64,000 nucleotides of DNA from Elusimicrobiota bacterium (lineage in GTDB: Bacteria > CG03 > SLGR01 > JAGXOG01). The position numbers and the translations under genes are program-made. Where the stretch lies: contig JBNJDT010000003.1 in NCBI GenBank assembly GCA_051745145.1, positions 16,221 through 80,220 of the forward strand, given 5' to 3'. The notes beneath the pieces were generated by a model that searched no databases, was not told where the DNA came from, and saw only the letters and a list, made by a program, of their open reading frames with translations. This document shows, in pieces, positions 29,215 through 38,723 of the stretch (its first letter is position 1; every line of letters starts with the position of its first letter).

Positions 29215-30489
29215 TCAAGTGGTCGGTAAAAAAATTTTCACTTTGGTTACCCGGGTTGGAGAAGCTCCGGTTACTCTGATTTTTACCCCGTTGTAATCTA
29301 TCTCTTCCCCTTCTTCGGGGACCCTCTCCAGCTCTCCGGTAATAAAACCTCCCAGAGAATCATAAGTATCTTCAGGTAAATTAAGTCCTATTTTATCATT
29401 AATCTTATCCAGATCTTCCACGGCGTCCACCAGCCAGGTATTTTTCCCAACCCTTTTTATAGTTTTTTTATAGATATCATATTCGTCAAATATTTCCCCG
29501 GTGATCTCTTCTACTATATCCTCAATAGTTATCAGTCCCGTGGGAACACCGTATTCATCAACTACTATAGCCAGATGTTCGCTCCCCGTTTTAAACTGTT
29601 TTAATAAATCGTCAACTGATTTTTCTTCGGGTATATAATAGGGTTCTCTCAATAATTCTTCAACAGAAATATCCTGGTTATCTATCAGTTCGGACAAAAG
29701 ATCCCTTACATATAGAATACCTATAATATTATCTATATGGTCCCGGTAGACCGGTATTCTGGAGTGTCCTAAATCAATCGCCTTCTGGATAAGAGAATTA
29801 GCTTCTCCCTCTATATCCAGGGCTTTCATATCTACTTTGGGAACCATAATCTCCCTGGCTACCGTATCTCCGAATTCTATAATCTGGGACAGCATTCTCC
29901 TTTCGTTTTTTCCCAGAACGCCCTCTTTTTCCCCCACATCGATAAGTCCTTTCAATTCCTCAACGGCAAACAACGGATTGTCTTTTATGGACTTGCCCCC
30001 GAATATCTTTATAATCTGATTGGAGATAAACAAAAATATATTGACTACCGGTTTTAATACGGTAGTTATTATAATTAAAGGACCGATTATTCTTCTTACC
30101 ACCTTCAGAGAATTCATCCGGGCATAGGCCTTGGGAAGTATTTCTACAAATAAAAGAACCAGAAAAATAGCTGCAAATGTACTCACCGTTGTGGCCAGCA
30201 CCGTCGAAAAATTAAATTCCCGGCTCAAATCCAGAGCTATTGAAGTACTCATAACAGAAACTCCCACCACGCTTACGGCGGTCCCGATTAAAATAGTAGT
30301 CAGCAGACGGTTGGGTTCTTTCTGCCACATTTTTAGTTTTTTCAAACCTTCTATCTTTATCAATTTCAGAATCTGGGATTTTCTCAATATAGTTAAAGCG
30401 GTTTCCGATGAAGTAAAAAAAGTAGCCAGGGTTAGCAAACTTACAACAACAGCCAGTTTGATTAATATATTAATTAATATCGTACTCAT
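29215..30489 (-). CDS. CNNM/CorB-family protein (DUF21 TM domain + CBS pair + CorC_HlyC)
   Basis: 424 aa; 4-TM DUF21, tandem CBS, C-terminal transporter-associated domain. Confidence 0.85.
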   Translation of the reverse strand: MSTILINILIKLAVVVSLLTLATFFTSSETALTILRKSQILKLIKIEGLKKLKMWQKEPNRLLTTILIGTAVSVVGVSVMSTSIALDLSREFNFSTVLATTVSTFAAIFLVLLFVEILPKAYARMNSLKVVRRIIGPLIIITTVLKPVVNIFLFISNQIIKIFGGKSIKDNPLFAVEELKGLIDVGEKEGVLGKNERRMLSQIIEFGDTVAREIMVPKVDMKALDIEGEANSLIQKAIDLGHSRIPVYRDHIDNIIGILYVRDLLSELIDNQDISVEELLREPYYIPEEKSVDDLLKQFKTGSEHLAIVVDEYGVPTGLITIEDIVEEITGEIFDEYDIYKKTIKRVGKNTWLVDAVEDLDKINDKIGLNLPEDTYDSLGGFITGELERVPEEGEEIDYNGVKIRVTGASPTRVTKVKIFLPTT

Positions 30490-31453
30490 CGTATATCTCC
30501 CCCACTATCTCTTCTATTAAATCTTCAACAGCCACCAGCCCCAGTAATCTCCCATTTTCCTTTACAAGAGAACAGTGAATTCTTTTTTTCCGTAATTCCT
30601 GGAACAAACTCTGACAGGTCCGGTCTGTATCCCTGGTAATATGAGGTTTTCTTATTATCTTTTCAAAATTCAACTTGTCAAAGTGGTTTAACTCCCCGAT
30701 AACATCTTTAATATAAATAAATCCTTCTATATTATCCAAGTTTTTTTTGTATGCCGGGATTCTTGAAAATTTGCTGTCTAAAAGTTTTTTCATGATTTTC
30801 CCGTATTTCCAGTTTAAATTTACTCCGTATATTTTTTTCCTGGGAATCATTACCTGCCCCACGCTCTTCTGATTTAAAAATAATACTTTCCCCATCATTC
30901 TGGAAAAATCTTTCTCCATATGTCCGTTTCTTTCCATATTTTCCAGGGCCAGGCGCAACTCTTTCCGGGACACAGTTTTTTTATCTGCTTTTCTCCGGGA
31001 GCCGGCGATAGAAAATGCCAATCGGTTTAGTCCTTTTATTATAATTTTAATTAAAAAATAAAATTTTATAAATAAGGGATAAAACCGGCTCACAATTTTA
31101 TCCGGATGAGTATTGGCAAAGGTTTTGGGGATTATCTCACCTAAAACTAAAATCATAAAAGAAGAACTAACAATTGAAGTTGTTTCCACCCAGTTTAACG
31201 GAAAACCGTGGGTTTGAACTAACCGGGTTAATAATACGGTCACTATGGCTGAAAAAATTATATTTACAAAATTATTTCCTATAAGTATACCGGCTATTAT
31301 ATCGGCCGGATTTTTAAGCCACTCGGTGAGGCTGGTAATCCTCTTTCTGGACCAGTTTCTTATATTGATTTCCCCCAGAGAGAGAAGACCGGTCTCCAGT
31401 GAAGAAAAAAAAGCAGATCCGCAAATCAGTAAAAACAGAATTATATATATCAT
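30470..31453 (-). CDS. CNNM/CorB-family protein (DUF21 + CBS pair, no CorC_HlyC domain)
   Basis: 327 aa paralog of the adjacent gene; ends right after CBS pair. Confidence 0.8.
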   Translation of the reverse strand: MIYIILFLLICGSAFFSSLETGLLSLGEINIRNWSRKRITSLTEWLKNPADIIAGILIGNNFVNIIFSAIVTVLLTRLVQTHGFPLNWVETTSIVSSSFMILVLGEIIPKTFANTHPDKIVSRFYPLFIKFYFLIKIIIKGLNRLAFSIAGSRRKADKKTVSRKELRLALENMERNGHMEKDFSRMMGKVLFLNQKSVGQVMIPRKKIYGVNLNWKYGKIMKKLLDSKFSRIPAYKKNLDNIEGFIYIKDVIGELNHFDKLNFEKIIRKPHITRDTDRTCQSLFQELRKKRIHCSLVKENGRLLGLVAVEDLIEEIVGEIYDEYDIN

Positions 31454-32190
31454 AATTTAACCAGTATCTGAAAAACAAAAGTGGTCAGAGTTAATCCTAA
31501 TATTCCTCCCACTATAACTTCTCCTACAGTGTGAAATTTCCCCGAAACCCGGGATTCGGCAACCAGTAATACCATAAACAGAGCCAGCAGCAGCATATAT
31601 ATATTACCTGAAGCAAAAAATATAATCGCTGCCAGCGAGGAAGCCAAAGCTGTATGTAAACTGGGCATCCCCCCCACCACCCGGGCCCTTTTACCGCTGA
31701 CAGCTTTTATAAATAAAGTTACCACTATTACCAAAAATATCACCACTCCGGTCAAATACGGGGGATAGGCGGTGATCTTTTCAAGAACAAAGGATTTTTC
31801 AAAAACATGGAGGACCTCCCCCCTTATAAATATAAGGTATCCTATAATAGCGGCAGATATTGAAGAAAAAAGAACCGCGCCGGCGGCCAGATCTTTTATT
31901 ATTTTTGCTATAGGATGGTGCTGTTCGGTAATAAGATCAACTATAAGTTCAACTCCCGTATTTAAAATCTCAGTTATGAGAACTATAGAAATCGTAAGAA
32001 CAAGTACAATTATCTCCACCCGGCTGAGATTTAAAAAAAGTGAAAACAAGAGAACCATAACAGCCACAATAAAATGGATACGCATATTACGCTGTGTTTT
32101 TACAGCATACAAAAGGCCGTCAATAGCATAATTAAAACTTTTTATTATACCCGGTTTTTCAATATCTTTCTTTTGATCTTTTCTTGACAT
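31450..32190 (-). CDS. dgkA: Diacylglycerol kinase (DgkA) fused to PAP2-type phosphatase domain
   Basis: N-half prokaryotic DAGK 'HFIVAVMVLLFSL...EILNTGVELIVD'; C-half PAP2 motifs 'SGMPSLH', 'SRVSGKFHTVGEV'; ORF extends to 32223. Confidence 0.8.
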   Translation of the reverse strand: MSRKDQKKDIEKPGIIKSFNYAIDGLLYAVKTQRNMRIHFIVAVMVLLFSLFLNLSRVEIIVLVLTISIVLITEILNTGVELIVDLITEQHHPIAKIIKDLAAGAVLFSSISAAIIGYLIFIRGEVLHVFEKSFVLEKITAYPPYLTGVVIFLVIVVTLFIKAVSGKRARVVGGMPSLHTALASSLAAIIFFASGNIYMLLLALFMVLLVAESRVSGKFHTVGEVIVGGILGLTLTTFVFQILVKL

Positions 32191-32624
32191 TCCTGGATCT
32201 CTTTTCCTTCGCTCCAACCACATATATGGAGAGCGCCATGTATTACTAATACTAATAATTCAATTTCGACAGAATGACCTATTTTAACGGCCTGCTTTTG
32301 GGCCCGGTCCACGGATATAATTAGCTGGCCTATGACCGGTTTTTCCGGGGACGGTATCCTTTCCCCCTCTTCTAAAGAAAATGCTATAACATCCGTGGGC
32401 CTATTTCTGTTTAAATATTTTTTATTAATTTTTAGGATTTTTTTATTACTTACAAAATCAATATCAAGTATATATTTTTGCGGTGAATTAGTGGATAACC
32501 GCCAAAAATTACCTACAGTAAATATTACCGCTTTTCTTACGAGCTCCTTGGATATTAACTCTGCTTTTGAAGAAGCTTCTCCTGGCCCCTTTTCACTTAT
32601 AGTTATAACAATATCTTTATTCAA
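32145..32624 (-). CDS. ybeY: rRNA maturation endoribonuclease YbeY
   Basis: Zn-binding 'HGALHICGW' motif; start likely TTG at 32624 just after upstream stop (ORF with ATG at 32714 would overlap neighbour by 98 nt). Confidence 0.8.
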   Translation of the reverse strand: MNKDIVITISEKGPGEASSKAELISKELVRKAVIFTVGNFWRLSTNSPQKYILDIDFVSNKKILKINKKYLNRNRPTDVIAFSLEEGERIPSPEKPVIGQLIISVDRAQKQAVKIGHSVEIELLVLVIHGALHICGWSEGKEIQECQEKIKRKILKNRV

Positions 32625-34026
32625 TCTTTGTTTCTTCTTTGTCTTCTGGGTATTCAATTCGGGAATGGTGAATACCGGAAAGGGTTTTTGTAAAACACTC
32701 CTGTATTTTTTCAAGATTGGATAATGTTATATTACAGTTATTTAACTGACCGTCTATAAATTTATTATTTATAATTTTAACTACCTGACCGGAAATTCTG
32801 GAAAATGATGGGTCGTCTAAAGACCGGCAGGCTGCTTCTACCGAATCCGCCAGCATTACTACCCCTATCTCTTTTGTAGAGGGTCTGGGTCCCGGATATC
32901 TATATTCTTTTTTATCTATTTCAGTTTCATCTTTTACCAGTGCCAAAACTTTGTTGTAAAAATACTCTATTAAGGTAGTACCATGATGCTGTTCAATAAA
33001 CTTTTTTATTATTTCATCCAGATTGTATTCATCGGCCAGGGCCACCCCATCCTTAACATGTCTTTTTAAAATCAGGGCGCTTATATTGGGTTTAAGATTT
33101 TTATGCCTATCCTGATTAGCAGGAGTATTTTCGGAAAAATAATGGGGGTTTTTTAATTTTCCGATATCGTGGTAATAAGCTCCGACCCTGCCCAAAAGGG
33201 GATTGGCCCCTATATTCTCGCAGGCATTTTCGGCCAGATTGGCCACCATTAATGAATGATGATAGGTCCCCGGCGCTTCAAGCATCAGTCTTTTAAGCAG
33301 GGGATTATTAAAATCTCCGAGTTCTAACAGCTTTATATCGGTAGTAATTCCAAAAATGCTTTCAAAAATAGGCAAAAAACCGCTGGCTATGATAACTGTA
33401 ATTAAAGCGTTCCCGGCACCCCAGCTCAAATTTATTGCCAGCTCGGCATAAGAGATGGAATTCAGTAAATTTACAGCAGAAATAGTTACGATATTAGCCG
33501 CGAATATATACAGGCCGCATCTATTTAAATCTCGCCGGGTCCGGACATTTATTGAACCGTATACTCCCACCAAACCACTTACAAAAGTTATAAAAAACAT
33601 CCCGAAATTAAAATCCCCCAAAAAACTAACTATTAAACTTAAAATCGTAACATTTATCAGAGCCACTACCGGATTAATAAGCAGAGTTAAAAGAACGCCC
33701 GCGCCGGCCGTGGGCATTAAATAAAGATGTAAAGTAGAAGTATTTTTTATGGGTATTAAAATAGCCAGAAATAATAACAGTATTACCTGGGTAAGTATTA
33801 AATGCTTGGAATTTTTGAATATTTTAGGATAACTTATAAGGTACATAATAGCCCCGGCCCCAAAAATACCGGTTATTAAAAGCACAATTCCCAAGATAGT
33901 TTCCGGGGCATGGCCGTAATAGAACATGGAGACGGCCAGAATAAAAGCAGCCATAAGGCCGGTCAATATTACCGCGTATTTACTTTTTCCAGTTATCTTT
34001 ATTTTTCTTAAATTCATTATAGGCAT
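32617..34026 (-). CDS. 7TM-receptor HD-domain phosphohydrolase (YqfF/7TMR-HDED family)
   Basis: Seven TM helices followed by HD domain 'YHHSLMVANL...YHDIGKL'. Confidence 0.85.
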   Translation of the reverse strand: MPIMNLRKIKITGKSKYAVILTGLMAAFILAVSMFYYGHAPETILGIVLLITGIFGAGAIMYLISYPKIFKNSKHLILTQVILLLFLAILIPIKNTSTLHLYLMPTAGAGVLLTLLINPVVALINVTILSLIVSFLGDFNFGMFFITFVSGLVGVYGSINVRTRRDLNRCGLYIFAANIVTISAVNLLNSISYAELAINLSWGAGNALITVIIASGFLPIFESIFGITTDIKLLELGDFNNPLLKRLMLEAPGTYHHSLMVANLAENACENIGANPLLGRVGAYYHDIGKLKNPHYFSENTPANQDRHKNLKPNISALILKRHVKDGVALADEYNLDEIIKKFIEQHHGTTLIEYFYNKVLALVKDETEIDKKEYRYPGPRPSTKEIGVVMLADSVEAACRSLDDPSFSRISGQVVKIINNKFIDGQLNNCNITLSNLEKIQECFTKTLSGIHHSRIEYPEDKEETKIE

Positions 34027-34891
34027 TTATTATTTTCTTTACCAAATGATGTCTTACAACATCTTCATGAGTGAAATATAAAAATTCCACTGCTTCTAAA
34101 TCTCTAATTACTTCCTGAACTTCAATAAGCCCGCTTACCTTACTTTTTTCAAGGTCAACCTGGGTAATATCTCCGGTCACAACTGCCTGAGAATTAAAAC
34201 CAATACGCGTTAAAAACATTTCCATCTGGCCGGAGGAAGTATTCTGAGCTTCATCTAAAACAATCATGGCATCGTCCAGAGTTCTTCCCCGCATATAGGC
34301 AAGAGGAACAATCTCAATTATATCATCTTCACGATAGGATTGAAATTTTGACGGCCCTATAAGAGTGTAAAAGGCATCGTAAAGCGGTCTTAAATAGGGA
34401 TCGACTTTCTCCTGAAAATCTCCGGGAAGATATCCCAGTTTTTCCCCTGCCTCCACAACCGGGCGGGTTAAAACTATCCTGTCAACTTTCCTTGTCTGCA
34501 GAGCTTTTACAGCCCGGGCACAGGCTAAAAATGTTTTACCCGTCCCCGCAGGGCCGATAGCCACTACCAGATCCTTCTCTTTCATAGCCCGGATATACTT
34601 TTTCTGCTTGGCCCCCAGAGGCTTTATCGGCTTGCCGGAAAAAGTTTTAATATAGGTTGTCCCGGAAAATTCCGTCTTGGATTGTCTATCTTCCCCCTTT
34701 TTCAATTTTGATAAGACTTTCTTTACAGCCTTTTTTTTACCTTTTATTACAGCTTTCGTTCCCCGGGCATATATCTGAACATCGAATTCATTCTCCAGTT
34801 TCTTGAGATTTTTATCGTATTCCCCAAAAGCCTCAAGTGCTTTTTGAGAACTTTTAAAACTTATCTTTTGCTGGTAAATTTCTCTGCTCAC
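33980..34891 (-). CDS. phoH: PhoH-like ATPase
   Basis: Walker A 'GPAGTGKT'; PhoH family. Confidence 0.9.
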   Translation of the reverse strand: MSREIYQQKISFKSSQKALEAFGEYDKNLKKLENEFDVQIYARGTKAVIKGKKKAVKKVLSKLKKGEDRQSKTEFSGTTYIKTFSGKPIKPLGAKQKKYIRAMKEKDLVVAIGPAGTGKTFLACARAVKALQTRKVDRIVLTRPVVEAGEKLGYLPGDFQEKVDPYLRPLYDAFYTLIGPSKFQSYREDDIIEIVPLAYMRGRTLDDAMIVLDEAQNTSSGQMEMFLTRIGFNSQAVVTGDITQVDLEKSKVSGLIEVQEVIRDLEAVEFLYFTHEDVVRHHLVKKIINAYNEFKKNKDNWKK

Positions 34892-34899
34892 AAATATTA

Positions 34900-35604
34900 C
34901 TATTCCGCCGGTATGGTGAATTCCTGTCCCGGATAAATTAAATCCGGATCATCTATTTTTTCACTGTTGGCATTATATATTTTTTTCCACTTCCAGGGAT
35001 CATTATAAATACCCTTCTTTGCTGATATATTCCACAGACAATCTCTGTCCGTTTCCCAGCTACCTACCAGATATATTTCTCTATCCCTTAGGGACTCTAT
35101 TATACTTTTAGAAAGTTTCGACGATTTAATGGCCAGTTCAGTTGCTTTCCCATAACTAGCCGATTCAAACTGTTTCCTGGCATCTTTTAAAAATCCAGTT
35201 GCTTCGTCAATTTTAACTTCCGACTCCCCTTTCGAATCTTCTTCTTTTGCCTTGCTCAATAAATTTTCGGCTTCTTTAATAGCTGCCCTGGCATCGTCCT
35301 GCCGTCGAACTTTAGATAACTCTTTGGCTTTCAGTTCTGCAGCTATTTTTTGCGCCTGGTTTGCTTTCTGATAGGCTTCTGTATTTTTATCTTCAGAGAG
35401 TAAATTCCGGGCTTCCTCGAGTATTTGCTCCGGCCGGCTGACATCGGCTCCCACCTCTCTGGCCTCATCTATTTCAGAACGGGCCATCGCTATAGCTCTT
35501 TCTGCTTCTAATGCTGAAATATCGGTCTCGGATATTTCGCTTTTTTTAGCGCAGGCCCCGGTTAACAGAGTAATTATAACTACCGGTAAAAAATATTTTT
35601 TCAT
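34900..35604 (-). CDS. Lipoprotein with coiled-coil region and C-terminal LysM-like domain
   Basis: Lipobox 'LLTGC'; Lys/Glu/Ala-rich helical repeats; C-terminal 'DPDLIYPGQEFTIP'. Confidence 0.6.
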   Translation of the reverse strand: MKKYFLPVVIITLLTGACAKKSEISETDISALEAERAIAMARSEIDEAREVGADVSRPEQILEEARNLLSEDKNTEAYQKANQAQKIAAELKAKELSKVRRQDDARAAIKEAENLLSKAKEEDSKGESEVKIDEATGFLKDARKQFESASYGKATELAIKSSKLSKSIIESLRDREIYLVGSWETDRDCLWNISAKKGIYNDPWKWKKIYNANSEKIDDPDLIYPGQEFTIPAE

Positions 35605-35685
35605 AAATTTCCTCCATCTATATCTTTATCTTTTAATAAGATAAAAGTCGTTTTTTTATTTACTGTATCTTTAATTGTTTAAATG

Positions 35686-37470
35686 TTAATCTGTATTTTC
35701 TATTATGTCAATGTTAATCCCCAATTCCTCCAGCTGTTCTTTTGTTGCTTCTCCCGGAGCATTCGTTAAAGGAGAATACGCTTTCTGAGTTTTGGGAAAA
35801 GGGATTACTTCTCTTATCGTATCCAGCTTAAGCATTCTGGTTAATAATCTGTCCACCCCGAATGCAAATCCGCCGTGGGGCGGGGCCCCGTATTTTAAAG
35901 CTTCCAGTAAAAATCCGAATTTTTCTTCCCGTTCTTTTTTACCTATATCAAGCACATTAAAAACTTTATCCTGTATTTCTTTGCGGTGAATACGGATACT
36001 TCCGCCGCCAATCTCAGAACCGTTTAAAACCAGATCATAGGCCCTGCTCTTTACCTGTCCGGGGTTTTTTTCTAATTTTTCAATATCCTCACTTCTGGGA
36101 GCGGTAAAAGGATGATGGAGAGAATTCCATTCTCCGGTTTCCCTATCTTTCTCTACAAGGGGGTAATCCACTATCCAGGTAAAAATGTAATCCGAGCCAG
36201 CCGGCTTACCGAATTTTTTCCTGATATAATTTAAAGTTTTACAGACAATATACTCTTCATCAGCCATAAAGAATATTATGTCTCCTTCTTCGGTATTGAA
36301 TTTTTGTTCTATTTTTTCCAGTTCGGTTTCATTAAAAAACTTAGCTATCTGGGATTTTAAACTGCCCTCTTTATTTTTCATCCAGGCTAATCCTTTGGCC
36401 CCCAGGGCTTTTACTTCCCGGGTGGTTTTATCGATTACAGACCGGGAGACATCTTCAGTTACTTTTATACCCCGGACCGCTCCGCTCTGGGCGGCCTGGC
36501 TGAAGACTTTAAAATCACAATTTTTGGCTAAATCGGTTATATCAACTATCTCCATGGGAATCCTTAAATCCGGTTTATCAGTACCGTACTTTTTCATAGA
36601 TTCCCGGTAACTGAGTTTATTAAAAGGTGTCTTTATCTCTTTATTCAAAAGTTCTTTAAAAAGCTTTTTTATATAATTTTCCAGAATACCCATTATCTGA
36701 TTTTCATCAGTAAATGAGAGTTCCAAATCAACCTGGGTAAATTCAGGTTGACGGTCCTGCCGCAAATCTTCATCTCTGAAACACTTGACTATCTGAAAAT
36801 ACCTCATTATACCCCCTATCATCAAGGTCTGCTTAAATAATTGGGGGGACTGGGGAAGGGCATAAAATTTCCCCCTGTTTATGCGGGAGGGTACCAGATA
36901 ATCCCTGGCCCCTTCCGGAGTAGAACGGGTCAAAAACGGGGTCTCTATTTCATAAAATTCTTCGCCGGAAAAAAAGTTCCTGGTCAGCTGCATAAATTTG
37001 TGCTTGAAAATTAAATTATCTCTCAATTTTCCGGTTCTCATTTCCAGATACCGGTATTTTAATCTGGTTTTTTCGCCTACTTCATCTAATTTCTTTAAAT
37101 CAAAGGGCAGCTCCCGGCTCTTGTTTAAAATTTCCAAATCAGTTGCTATAACTTCGATCTCCCCCGTATCTATATCCTCATTTACAGTACCCGGCGGACG
37201 GGCAATCACTTTCCCCTTGACTTCTATAACATATTCATTTCTTAAATTATGAGCTTTTTTTATAAGCTGTTTTTTCTTTTTCTCCGGCAGGGAACCGCTT
37301 CCCTCTTTATCTCTTCCGAAGACCACCTGGGTTTTGCCGTTAATATCTCTTAAATCTATAAAGACCACACCTCCGTGGTCCCTCCAGCTGGAGACCCATC
37401 CGGCTAAAACTACTTCTTTTCCTTTATCCTCTTTTCTCAATTGATTACAATTTACAGTCGGTTTCAACAT
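35686..37470 (-). CDS. aspS: Aspartyl-tRNA synthetase
   Basis: 594 aa; class II motifs, 'FRDEDLR', 'GGGSIRIH'. Confidence 0.92.
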   Translation of the reverse strand: MLKPTVNCNQLRKEDKGKEVVLAGWVSSWRDHGGVVFIDLRDINGKTQVVFGRDKEGSGSLPEKKKKQLIKKAHNLRNEYVIEVKGKVIARPPGTVNEDIDTGEIEVIATDLEILNKSRELPFDLKKLDEVGEKTRLKYRYLEMRTGKLRDNLIFKHKFMQLTRNFFSGEEFYEIETPFLTRSTPEGARDYLVPSRINRGKFYALPQSPQLFKQTLMIGGIMRYFQIVKCFRDEDLRQDRQPEFTQVDLELSFTDENQIMGILENYIKKLFKELLNKEIKTPFNKLSYRESMKKYGTDKPDLRIPMEIVDITDLAKNCDFKVFSQAAQSGAVRGIKVTEDVSRSVIDKTTREVKALGAKGLAWMKNKEGSLKSQIAKFFNETELEKIEQKFNTEEGDIIFFMADEEYIVCKTLNYIRKKFGKPAGSDYIFTWIVDYPLVEKDRETGEWNSLHHPFTAPRSEDIEKLEKNPGQVKSRAYDLVLNGSEIGGGSIRIHRKEIQDKVFNVLDIGKKEREEKFGFLLEALKYGAPPHGGFAFGVDRLLTRMLKLDTIREVIPFPKTQKAYSPLTNAPGEATKEQLEELGINIDIIENTD

Positions 37471-38702
37471 TTTATTTTCCTTACTATTTTTTCTATATTC
37501 GATATTTTCATACTTTCCTGCTCGCCGGTTTTCATATCTTTTAGGCTTACCGTATTGTTCGTTAATTCATCTTCCCCTAAAATAACGACCCACCTTATAT
37601 CCTTCCGGTTTGCTATATTAAATTTTTTACCCACGGAAAGTTTGCTATAATCTTCTTCTACACTTATTCCCCTTTGCCTCAATTTGCGGGCAATACTCCG
37701 TCCTTTGCTCATTCCCCTGTCTCCTATGAGCAGTAGATAAACTTCCGGTAAAGCACTGCTGTCAATATCTGAAATCGCTGATATTCTTTCTAAACCTAAG
37801 GCCCAGCCACAGGCCGGCTGATCGGGACCGCCCAGCTGTTTAGTCAAATTATCATACCTTCCTCCGGCCAGGACAGCACTTCCCTTGCTTAAAATTTCAA
37901 ATACAGGCCCGGTATAATAATCAAGTCCCCTCACTAATGTTTTATCTATAGAATAATTTAATTCCAGAGCAGTTAATATTTCTTTAAACTCCCGGTAATA
38001 ATCCCTACACTCATTGCACAAGTATTCACTCACAGCAGGTAACTTTTTATACAGGGCCCGGCACTTTTTATTTTTACAATCAAAAATTCTCAAAGTATTG
38101 GAGTCCAGTCTTTTTTTACAATCCGGGCATAATTTATCCCGGTCGGGCTTAAGCTCCGCTCTAATTTTCTTTCGATATTCCGTCCTGCATTTTTCACACC
38201 CAACACTATTAATTTTTACTTTATAATCCTTAATTTTTAAATTTTTCATAAGCTGTACGGCCATATCTAAAATTTCTGCATCTATAAAAGGATCCTCTGA
38301 ACCTAATACTTCACAACCCAGCTGGTAAAATTGCCGGTATCTACCCTGCTGAGGCCGTTCATACCTGAACATAGGGCCAAAATAAAAAAATTTCTCCCTT
38401 ACTTTCCCCTGGAGCATCCTATTTTCAATGGCCGCCCGGACCACTGAAGCCGTACCCTCCGGTCGCAAAGACAGCTGCCGGCCCTTGCGATCTTCAAAAG
38501 AATACATTTCCTTAGATACAATGTCCGTATCCTCGCCTATGCTGCGTGAAAAAAGATCTGTATATTCAATTACGGGAATAAAGGTCCTTCTGTATCCGTA
38601 ATTTTTAAGTAATCCCGCAGCTTTGGCAACTATATTTCCCCACTTTTGAGAACGGGGATATAAAATATCTCTTATCCCCCTTATTGCTTTAAATTCCTTC
38701 AA
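37464..38702 (-). CDS. hisS: Histidyl-tRNA synthetase
   Basis: 412 aa; class II; 'FRYERPQ...RYRQF' motif 2. Confidence 0.9.
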   Translation of the reverse strand: MKEFKAIRGIRDILYPRSQKWGNIVAKAAGLLKNYGYRRTFIPVIEYTDLFSRSIGEDTDIVSKEMYSFEDRKGRQLSLRPEGTASVVRAAIENRMLQGKVREKFFYFGPMFRYERPQQGRYRQFYQLGCEVLGSEDPFIDAEILDMAVQLMKNLKIKDYKVKINSVGCEKCRTEYRKKIRAELKPDRDKLCPDCKKRLDSNTLRIFDCKNKKCRALYKKLPAVSEYLCNECRDYYREFKEILTALELNYSIDKTLVRGLDYYTGPVFEILSKGSAVLAGGRYDNLTKQLGGPDQPACGWALGLERISAISDIDSSALPEVYLLLIGDRGMSKGRSIARKLRQRGISVEEDYSKLSVGKKFNIANRKDIRWVVILGEDELTNNTVSLKDMKTGEQESMKISNIEKIVRKIKC

Positions 38703-38723
38703 TTTTTATCCTTTATAATTAAT

